The notes under the pieces were generated by a model, which worked only from the letters and a program-made list of their open reading frames with translations, was not told the origin of the DNA and ran no database searches. From Candidatus Micrarchaeota archaeon (lineage in GTDB: Archaea > Micrarchaeota > Micrarchaeia > Micrarchaeales > CABMGC01): a stretch of 51,123 nucleotides of DNA. The stretch spans positions 1 through 51,123 of the forward strand of contig JAKATZ010000001.1 in NCBI GenBank assembly GCA_021827925.1, read 5' to 3'. Positions 36,241 through 43,272 of the stretch are shown piece by piece; the first letter of the stretch is position 1; every line of letters begins with the position of its first letter. The position numbers were made by a program, and so were the translations under genes.

Positions 36241-37329
36241 TTGCGAAATCGTTTCACAATCTCTCTGGTTTTTATTAGTTCCCTTTCATTATACTGTGAT
36301 GGCATGAAGGCGCAGTCCGCGATCGAATTCCTCGCTACCTACGGCTTCCTATTCATAATACTTGCTACGGCAATAATTCTCATAACGCTGCTAGCCACAT
36401 CCACAGGCGTAGCTGTCCAGTCACAGTGTGCATCTTTCGGCACGGTGTCGTGCAACTACGTGGATTATTACATAGGCAATGGTTATTCGCTTCTCCTCTT
36501 CTCGATAACCAACTCGCAGGCTGCTCCGGTAAACGTAATATCGGTTAACGCAACCATAAACAGCAAGACATGGAATGGGCTGTGTGAACCTGGCTTCCTT
36601 ATGCCAGGTGCAGAAGCAACGTGCGTAGTCAACCTGCCGCGCCAAGGCAACATCGGCGGGAGCGAGTCAGGATTTTATACTGTGAATGCTGAGTACTGCA
36701 ATGCAGGAGTGGGATCGCTGAACAGCGTGGAATGCAGCTATGAGCCAGCATTGTACAGCGGCTCGTTTTACACCTATGTATCGGACACTAAGGCTGCAGT
36801 TTTCAGTGTTTCGGTTGCAAGGGCGCCGTCTAGCCTGCAGATAGTACCTTACAACGGCGTTCCGCAGATACCTTCCGGCTATCAAGTGATGCAGAACGGC
36901 GATCTTGTTGCTGCGAGCAATGCTCTCGGCTTCGGATACGCGTACGGCAGCGGGGGCTTTGTAGGCTTGGACCACTTGGGAATCAGAACCATCCCGTTTC
37001 CGGCGAGCCTGTCAGTTCTTTCAGACAGTGCCGCGTGCAGCCAGCCTTACAATTCGCTATACTCCGTTGCATATTCTGTGTTTTATGTCAATTCCCCCAC
37101 GAGAGTAGGAATCTCGGCGTACAGCAACAATGCCATAGACGTGTATTACCAATACGGCGGATCGGGAGTATGGGATAGCATGTTCCAGTCCTCGCTATGG
37201 AACTCTAACGGGAATAATGAAGGAGGGGCTTACGTTTCTCTTGCTTCAGGTCTCTACGGAATAGCCGTCGCATCTGCGGAGGAGTGCGGACCTGGTGTCC
37301 AGGCCCTTGCAGTAAACGGGTTGTCATAG
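36241..37329 (+). CDS. Class III signal peptide (pilin-like) protein, a different family from the LamG paralogues
   Basis: MKAQSAIEFLATYGFLFIILATAIILITLLA begins at the likely true start, 36304. The rest is Ser/Gly/Tyr-rich and extracellular-looking. Confidence 0.6.
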   Translation: MRNRFTISLVFISSLSLYCDGMKAQSAIEFLATYGFLFIILATAIILITLLATSTGVAVQSQCASFGTVSCNYVDYYIGNGYSLLLFSITNSQAAPVNVISVNATINSKTWNGLCEPGFLMPGAEATCVVNLPRQGNIGGSESGFYTVNAEYCNAGVGSLNSVECSYEPALYSGSFYTYVSDTKAAVFSVSVARAPSSLQIVPYNGVPQIPSGYQVMQNGDLVAASNALGFGYAYGSGGFVGLDHLGIRTIPFPASLSVLSDSAACSQPYNSLYSVAYSVFYVNSPTRVGISAYSNNAIDVYYQYGGSGVWDSMFQSSLWNSNGNNEGGAYVSLASGLYGIAVASAEECGPGVQALAVNGLS

Positions 37330-38367
37330 CCCCTTGAGTAGTGATTTTTCTATCCCGACTATATTCCTGAAAGCACTGAGCTGCTTGCCGGCCTCATCGT
37401 CTGAATTGAATATCTCTATGCGTACCCCCTGTTTGTCTGCCTTATCAAGAAGAGCTTTTATCTCTTCGGTGTTTATTACGGAATCATTGACTATTATTAC
37501 GCCCAGCGAATAATCGCTTAGGGCATCAGAAACCTTTTCTATGCCAGATATCGACTTGTTCAGCCTGAGCCCATTGAAGAATGTGTTAAGGTACTCGAAT
37601 TCCTTCCTGACGTGCTCGCCGGCGAGTAGCTTCATTGTCTCGGAACTCTGCATGACCTCCCTGACGCCGGACCTCTCAGCGTCGCTTGCAGAGGCGTATA
37701 CAACACGCTTGGAGAGCTTTATTCCCTGGGATTCGACATATTTTTTGATATCATCCTTTGTGAATCCGGGACCTGCGACTATAACTATGTCGACCCCCAT
37801 GCGTTCTATTGCTTCGATCACATCATTGAAATAGTCAGTCCTGCGCTTTTCATAATCCTTTTCCTTCATCTTCTTGCTCAGCCTGCTGTACATCTCGCTT
37901 ACTAGCTCTATGCCGTAGCCGCGTATGTATGCCACGGTAGCCTTCTCGTCATCGATGGCTATCACTCCCAGCCTGGGCCTCTTTGACTCTGTGACAGCCT
38001 GCTTTATCCTTTTCAGTAGGTAATCCTTCCATTCGCGCTTCGATATCTCCAGCTGGTCCGATGGGCCTATGCTCAGGGTGTGATAGCTATTTATGCGTAT
38101 GAACTCTTCTGGGTTTCCGCCGACTATTTTTCCTGTCACTCTCAGCCTGCCTGCGCTCTTGTCTATTTCCACCTTCTCCACAGTCAGGTTTATGAAAACT
38201 TCCTTCTGTTCTCCCTCGTCACCCTCGCTTGGCTTGAAACGACGGTATCCTTTCGCGCCAAGCGTGTCACCTGCGGAGATGACCATCGCAAGCACGTAAA
38301 GATCCTCGAACGACTCGGGTTCGACCTTGAGTGAATTGCCCGGTTCATAGAATCGTATTATCCTCAT
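37324..38367 (-). CDS. pelA: Pelota (Dom34-type mRNA surveillance / ribosome rescue factor)
   Basis: The protein is 347 aa. The N-terminus MRIIRFYEPGNSLKVEPESFEDLYVL and the overall eRF1-like pattern match my recollection of archaeal Pelota. Confidence 0.85.
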   Translation of the reverse strand: MRIIRFYEPGNSLKVEPESFEDLYVLAMVISAGDTLGAKGYRRFKPSEGDEGEQKEVFINLTVEKVEIDKSAGRLRVTGKIVGGNPEEFIRINSYHTLSIGPSDQLEISKREWKDYLLKRIKQAVTESKRPRLGVIAIDDEKATVAYIRGYGIELVSEMYSRLSKKMKEKDYEKRRTDYFNDVIEAIERMGVDIVIVAGPGFTKDDIKKYVESQGIKLSKRVVYASASDAERSGVREVMQSSETMKLLAGEHVRKEFEYLNTFFNGLRLNKSISGIEKVSDALSDYSLGVIIVNDSVINTEEIKALLDKADKQGVRIEIFNSDDEAGKQLSAFRNIVGIEKSLLKGL

Positions 38368-38504
38368 TCAAGCTCACTGTCCTTTCTCCTTTCCGCGCAG
38401 CTGCATCCGCACTCGCAGTTCTCTGCACACCTGCATCCTTGCCTGCAGCCGCAGAGGCATGCACCGCCGCATTCGCATCCTGCGCCGGCGCCTTGGTTTG
38501 CCAT
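38364..38504 (-). CDS. Cys-rich micro-protein (46 aa, 11 Cys, metallothionein-like), below the ORF-track cutoff
   Basis: My own translation gives MANQGAGAGCECGGACLCGCRQGCRCAENCECGCSCAERRKDSELE. Its stop codon overlaps the pelota ATG in an ATGA arrangement. Confidence 0.45.
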   Translation of the reverse strand: MANQGAGAGCECGGACLCGCRQGCRCAENCECGCSCAERRKDSELE

Positions 38505-38615
38505 TTGATTCACGATGCTGATTATGACTCATCTTTCTCTTAATACCATATGCTTTGGAGACTGCATCGCAGAAAATACGAAATTCGTATAGCTAAAACG
38601 AAATTCGTAGAAAGG

Positions 38616-38623
38616 TTTAAATA
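38616..38623 (+). promoter_or_regulatory. Strong archaeal TATA box (TTTAAATA) with a purine-rich BRE-like upstream flank
   Basis: AGAAAGG-TTTAAATA lies immediately downstream of two copies of the palindrome ACGAA-A-TTCGT. The nearest + strand CDS starts about 235 nt downstream. Confidence 0.45.
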
Positions 38624-38856
38624 TCTTGCATGGCACACTTAACTACGGGCATTACTATGTGAGAAGGGTGGGGATGAGGCATGGGGACCAGTCAATCGGC
38701 CCCCATGCACTCTAATTATCATGACCACACAGCCAACCGAAAGCCTTTTTACCTTAATCGTTGTAATGTTAGTATAATTGTCGGAGGGAAGTGCTGGAAG
38801 CCCTCATGAGACTTGGTTCTAAAGCTTTGCAATTCAGAAAACGAAATGGTTAGAGT

Positions 38857-39621
38857 ATGACCGAAAAAGCCAAATCAATCATTGCGGTTCCAGCAGGCAG
38901 ACTTACTGATATGGCTTTTCAGAGGCTGCTCAGGGGAGGCGTGCTTTTGGCCGATGCGGTTGATGCGTTCAGGAGAAATGGCGATGACACAAAGCCATTA
39001 TCCACAACGGTAACAGGAGTTTACGCGCAGGTATTCAGTCCAAGAGACACCGTAACCAATCTGTTAATTCCAGAACGCAGGGTCATTGTTGCGATATCCG
39101 GAGATGATTATGTTGTTGATCAGGGACTATTAGGATTCAATCCTGCGACAGGTGAGCTTGTGATCCCGGATGATCCGAAGATTGAAAGAGTAGGAATCAT
39201 AAGGGCTTTTGGAAGCAATGGGGCAGAGATCAGACCGGAAGTCGTGCTTGCTGTCAAAAGAGCAGAGTGGGAGGGAGCAACGCCAGAGGAGATAGTGGCA
39301 AGCGGTAAGATAAGGAAGGCAGTGGTGAAGAGGGGTACGTACGAGAACATAGCAAAAATGTACATAGATCACCACAGCATGCATACAGAGTTAGAGGTGC
39401 GTGGAGGCAAGCTTGAGCCTTACGTGAGGGAGGGATGGGTTGACGGCGCCTTCGATGCAAAGGAGAGTGGCAGGCACCTACAGGAGAACGGGCTTTACGG
39501 GATAAGGGTGATGCAGACCCACTGTGCCGTCTTTGCTGTGCAAGGATGGCAGATGTCCAGCCTTGCCGATCAGACAGGCACTATTTTGGAGCGCGTAGGT
39601 AAGGTTTCTGTGCCGCTGTAG
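38857..39621 (+). CDS. Divergent HisG-like (ATP phosphoribosyltransferase fold) protein; assignment is tentative
   Basis: The N-terminus IIAVPAGRLTDMAFQRLL resembles the HisG start. The C-terminal segment EPYVREGWVDGAFDAKESGRHLQENGL resembles, but departs from, the HisG signature. Confidence 0.35.
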   Translation: MTEKAKSIIAVPAGRLTDMAFQRLLRGGVLLADAVDAFRRNGDDTKPLSTTVTGVYAQVFSPRDTVTNLLIPERRVIVAISGDDYVVDQGLLGFNPATGELVIPDDPKIERVGIIRAFGSNGAEIRPEVVLAVKRAEWEGATPEEIVASGKIRKAVVKRGTYENIAKMYIDHHSMHTELEVRGGKLEPYVREGWVDGAFDAKESGRHLQENGLYGIRVMQTHCAVFAVQGWQMSSLADQTGTILERVGKVSVPL

Positions 39622-39669
39622 TCCAGACGTTTTGAAACCATCACCAATTCGACATGACACCAATAACTG

Positions 39670-39813
39670 CTACTCTCTTTGCAGAGGGTGCGTGCATTTG
39701 TCGCAGTTCGCTTTTATGACTCTGAACGGATAGAATTCCTCCTGTATTGCTGCTATGTGCTCAGGGGAGCACTCGCAGGTACATGGCACTTCGGACTTGC
39801 ATTTTTTGCACAT
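39670..39813 (-). CDS. Possible small zinc-ribbon protein (47 aa), below the ORF-track cutoff
   Basis: My own translation gives MCKKCKSEVPCTCECSPEHIAAIQEEFYPFRVIKANCDKCTHPLQRE, with CxxC pairs at both ends. Confidence 0.3.
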   Translation of the reverse strand: MCKKCKSEVPCTCECSPEHIAAIQEEFYPFRVIKANCDKCTHPLQRE

Positions 39814-39913
39814 TTCAATACCGGATTGTTGACATTGCACTGGATATGCGTTATTGCTTTACGATGTCCCGTCATGTTTGAACATGATGGAAAACAAACC
39901 CTGGGCTCGTAGT

Positions 39914-40033
39914 TGGCGGGGGCGAGATTTGAACACGCGGCCTCTAGATTTCTTAGTCATAGCAAAGAATGCTCATCACTCATTATGCTCGGCATATGAG
40001 TCTAGCGCTCTAACCAGGCTGAGCTACCCCGCC
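39914..40033 (-). tRNA. tRNA with CAU anticodon (elongator Met or Ile2) carrying a 45-nt intron at the canonical 37/38 position
   Basis: Folded by hand, the minus strand reads GGCGGGG TA GCTC AGCCTGGTTA GAGC G CTAGA CTCATA [45-nt intron] A TCTAG AGGCC GCGTG TTCAAAT CTCGC CCCCGCC A. The T-stem has one U-U mismatch. It is not initiator-like: there is no A1-U72 and no GGG/CCC anticodon stem. Confidence 0.85.
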
Positions 40034-40148
40034 TTAACCCTCATATATCTCCGCTAGTCTTTAATAATGCTTCTCTGCAACAGATCCGATTTGAGCAGGT
40101 GGTATCGGGTATTTAGCTTGTTGCTGCTAAGTTAAAAAATAAGGTAAA

Positions 40149-41678
40149 ATGAAGGGAAAATCCATCTTGTCGGATAGGTATTTTCAGTTCTTGATCATCA
40201 TCGCAGTCATATTCATAGGTTACTGGTCATGGTTCGGCAATTATGAATATACGCATTATCTCGATGGGTATTATGACATCGGAATTGAAACATACAGTAC
40301 GTACTGGCATCTGCATCCGATGGCTGAATCGCTTTTGCAATATCTAGTATTTGGAAATCATATTGCACCGTTCAGGGTTTTGCTGCTCCCGATATTCGCA
40401 ATATACCAGCAGCCGGTCACCTTGTTTGCAATACAGGCATCGGCACTAGCGCTTGCCGCGCTGTTTACATACGTAATATGTATTGAGATAACAAAAAGCA
40501 AGAAGATAGGCGCAGCCATAGCCATTGCATTTATGCTGAATCCTGGCGTAGGGGGATTGCTCATATTTGACTTTCACAGTGAGGCGTTCCTGCCCTTGTT
40601 TTACATCATGGCATTCTACTTCTACATAAAAAACAAAAAGCCCTACTTCATCCTAAGTTATCTGCTTCTTATGGGCGTGATGGAAGAATCCCCATTTTTA
40701 GGCGCATCGCTCCTGCTAGGACTCTTCGTCTACGAAGTCTTTCATGGAAATGCGACAGAAGAAAGCAGAGCGAGAAAGGGGTTGCTGTATTACGGCGTTG
40801 TCTTTACTCTGCTGTTTGCTGCAGGATACTATGCAGCAGGGAATTACCTTGTCTCCTCGTATTCAAACGCAGCGCAATCGTCAGTGCCACCCATCCTCAG
40901 GTATGGAAATTTCTTAAACCACGAAGGAGGCATGCTCTCTGCAAGCGGTTCTGCATATTACAATACAACAGAAGTATATTACGCAGGGATAGCCGGGTTG
41001 TTTGTCTTGTTCTTAGGATTCGGGATAACATCATTAAGGAACCCGTTTCTCAGTGTTGTGCTGTACTCCCCATGGATACTGCAGGTATTCATGTTGCATG
41101 ATCTTGTTGCGGCCATATTCTACTTTCAATATTATGCCTATGCTGTTGGGGGAAGCTTCGTTTCGGCTATGCTTGGCTTTATGATACTATCGAAGCGCAG
41201 CGAATCTTTTTGCCACGGACATCACTCCGGTTTTGAAACAAACGAAACTTTTTATTCCGCTTTCATATTTTCAATGGCCATTATGCTATCCTTAATCTTA
41301 GTCTCCAACATATTCGGAAGCGCGCTTATCGTAATAAAGTCAGGTACGACGAATTACAACATCGCAGAGAGTGCACTATCACTAATACCTGCCAATTCGA
41401 GTGTTATGACCGAAACAGCCATTGCAGCGCACCTGTTTTACATTAAAGATCTTGAGCTGCTGCCTTCGTATTATGACCCAAGCCCTTTTGTGCCGAAAAA
41501 CAGAGTAATATATTGGTTTAAGCCTGAGTATATAGTGGTTGACAGTAATTTGCCAAATTATGAAGACGCTACGAATTCATCACTGTTTAATCTTAATTCA
41601 TACACTGTGGAGAATTACACAGTATATTACAACAGATCCGGAGTCACCATATTCAAAAGAAAATATGTGGCAAATTAG
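40149..41678 (+). CDS. Polytopic membrane protein, DUF2079-like (putative GT-C-type glycosyltransferase)
   Basis: YYDIGIETYSTYW, NHIAPF..LLLP and LIFDFHSEAFLP match my recollection of the DUF2079 pattern. Confidence 0.5.
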   Translation: MKGKSILSDRYFQFLIIIAVIFIGYWSWFGNYEYTHYLDGYYDIGIETYSTYWHLHPMAESLLQYLVFGNHIAPFRVLLLPIFAIYQQPVTLFAIQASALALAALFTYVICIEITKSKKIGAAIAIAFMLNPGVGGLLIFDFHSEAFLPLFYIMAFYFYIKNKKPYFILSYLLLMGVMEESPFLGASLLLGLFVYEVFHGNATEESRARKGLLYYGVVFTLLFAAGYYAAGNYLVSSYSNAAQSSVPPILRYGNFLNHEGGMLSASGSAYYNTTEVYYAGIAGLFVLFLGFGITSLRNPFLSVVLYSPWILQVFMLHDLVAAIFYFQYYAYAVGGSFVSAMLGFMILSKRSESFCHGHHSGFETNETFYSAFIFSMAIMLSLILVSNIFGSALIVIKSGTTNYNIAESALSLIPANSSVMTETAIAAHLFYIKDLELLPSYYDPSPFVPKNRVIYWFKPEYIVVDSNLPNYEDATNSSLFNLNSYTVENYTVYYNRSGVTIFKRKYVAN

Positions 41679-42409
41679 CCCAGTTCTCTGCCCAGTATGA
41701 ATCGGTAGATAAGTCTTGCAATTCCTGGTATGAACAGGAGTATATCTCTCAACAACCTGCTGTAATTAGTCTTATCCGACCTTTGTTCTACCCATTTGAT
41801 CGGGGTCTCTATGATCTTCAGATTGCTATGGCGTGCAATAAGTATAACTTCAGTGTCCCATACCCAGTGCCGCTCCGTTGACTTTTTGGATAGAACCCTG
41901 AACGCCTTTCTGTTGAATATCCTGAATCCGCATTGATGATCCGTTATTCCGTCAGAAAACATATTACGTATCAGGCCATTGTAGACTATTGAAAATAGCC
42001 TTCTAACTGCGGGCCTCCTTGTTATGCTAGCACGGAGATATCTCGAACCCAGCACTAGATCATATCCTTCCGCTGATTTCGTTATGGCACGCTTGAGGTA
42101 TGGAAGGCTTGGGGCAAGGTCTGCATCGATATAGCAGTAGAGCTTTGACTTGTGCATTGACATAGCATGCATGACATCATAGCCCCTTTCAGCAATATGG
42201 GAGGAGCGTGTGAGAACCACATTCCTGTGATTTTTCATAAACCTTTCAACCACACTTATTGTTGCGTCTTCAGATCCGGCATCTGCAACCACTATCAGGA
42301 ATCTGCCATCAGAGTATATTGATCGCAGTTCTTTCTCTGAATTTAAGAGCATGCTTCCGATATATTTATCTTCATTCAGAGTTGGTATGACAAGCAGGAA
42401 CTCGAACAT
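41675..42409 (-). CDS. Family 2 glycosyltransferase (dolichyl-phosphate sugar synthase-like)
   Basis: The motifs are VIPTLNE, VVADAGSEDAT and CYIDADL (DxD). Confidence 0.8.
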   Translation of the reverse strand: MFEFLLVIPTLNEDKYIGSMLLNSEKELRSIYSDGRFLIVVADAGSEDATISVVERFMKNHRNVVLTRSSHIAERGYDVMHAMSMHKSKLYCYIDADLAPSLPYLKRAITKSAEGYDLVLGSRYLRASITRRPAVRRLFSIVYNGLIRNMFSDGITDHQCGFRIFNRKAFRVLSKKSTERHWVWDTEVILIARHSNLKIIETPIKWVEQRSDKTNYSRLLRDILLFIPGIARLIYRFILGRELG

Positions 42410-42488
42410 TAGGCACCGCCTTGGCTTTGACTCTTTTTATAGAAATGGGCCGTATGGCTACAGCCAAGGAAAGGGATAGATATCAAAT

Positions 42489-43220
42489 TCAATGCCTCAG
42501 TATCGGGAACTTCCGCATGTATGCCTCTGCGGTGAATATGACAAAATAAGGGGCTATCAGCAGTGAGTTCACTATCAGCACAAGGTACATCGACCATGGA
42601 GTTCCTGCAACGAATATTATCGCAAGATCGACAGCGGATACTATGAGAAGGCTGAGAAGCAGCCACTGCACAAAATACTGGGGCTTCTCTGCCATCAACC
42701 TTATGCTGTCGGAAACCGCAGTGATAACGCGCTTTTCGCCCACCACTATTGCGCTTGGGGCATAGAATATCAGAAGCATGCCAAAGAAGCCGGTAATATC
42801 GGTAAGCAACGCCTGAAAACCGAGGTAGTAGCCGATCATGTTTGCCGCAAGAAGTACCAGAGTGTATGCAAGCAGGAGAATGAATACCCTGCTTATGTGC
42901 TTCTCTATCTCCTTGAGCGCTTTGCTTGGCACACGCATGTACGTTCTTCTTGCCTTCACAATCAGGCTTATGGCCACAAATGCAAAGCTCAGGAAGAGGA
43001 GGGAGAAGAAAAGGGATGCGATGATTACTGCGATTCCGGAAATGCTGAGATTGTAGAATATGCTTGCGCTCCTGAGGAATATGGCGCCTGCGCTGATGTA
43101 GGTCGGAAGAGGCGCGATGAGCGGTATTAGGAACGCTATAACGAACGGTATCGAAAACAGGAGGACAAGTTTAAGATTTGCGCCATATGTCTCAAGCGCA
43201 TCCTTTATCAAATTTCCCAT
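42489..43220 (-). CDS. Hypothetical polytopic membrane protein (about 6 TM helices)
   Basis: This rests on the hydrophobicity pattern alone. Confidence 0.5.
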   Translation of the reverse strand: MGNLIKDALETYGANLKLVLLFSIPFVIAFLIPLIAPLPTYISAGAIFLRSASIFYNLSISGIAVIIASLFFSLLFLSFAFVAISLIVKARRTYMRVPSKALKEIEKHISRVFILLLAYTLVLLAANMIGYYLGFQALLTDITGFFGMLLIFYAPSAIVVGEKRVITAVSDSIRLMAEKPQYFVQWLLLSLLIVSAVDLAIIFVAGTPWSMYLVLIVNSLLIAPYFVIFTAEAYMRKFPILRH

Positions 43221-43272
43221 AACCGCACACTGCGTATCCTATCTAATGCTTAAAGAAGTAATAAAAGGATAG

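Noticed and set aside
38331-38543. 70-aa + strand ORF across the pelota start region
   Set aside because: It is an Ala/Ser/Cys-rich antisense shadow of the Cys-rich minus-strand micro-ORF and overlaps the pelota start. The minus-strand reading has the ATGA coupling and a coherent CxC pattern.
39955-39999. Box C-like GUGAUGA inside the tRNA intron, suggesting an intron-encoded C/D box guide as in some archaeal pre-tRNA-Trp
   Set aside because: I found no box D (CUGA) or C'/D' elements in the 45-nt intron. The AUGAG next to it more simply pairs with the CUCAU anticodon loop to build the splicing helix.
39854-40057. 67-aa + strand ORF
   Set aside because: It lies entirely over the antisense of the intron-containing tRNA gene.
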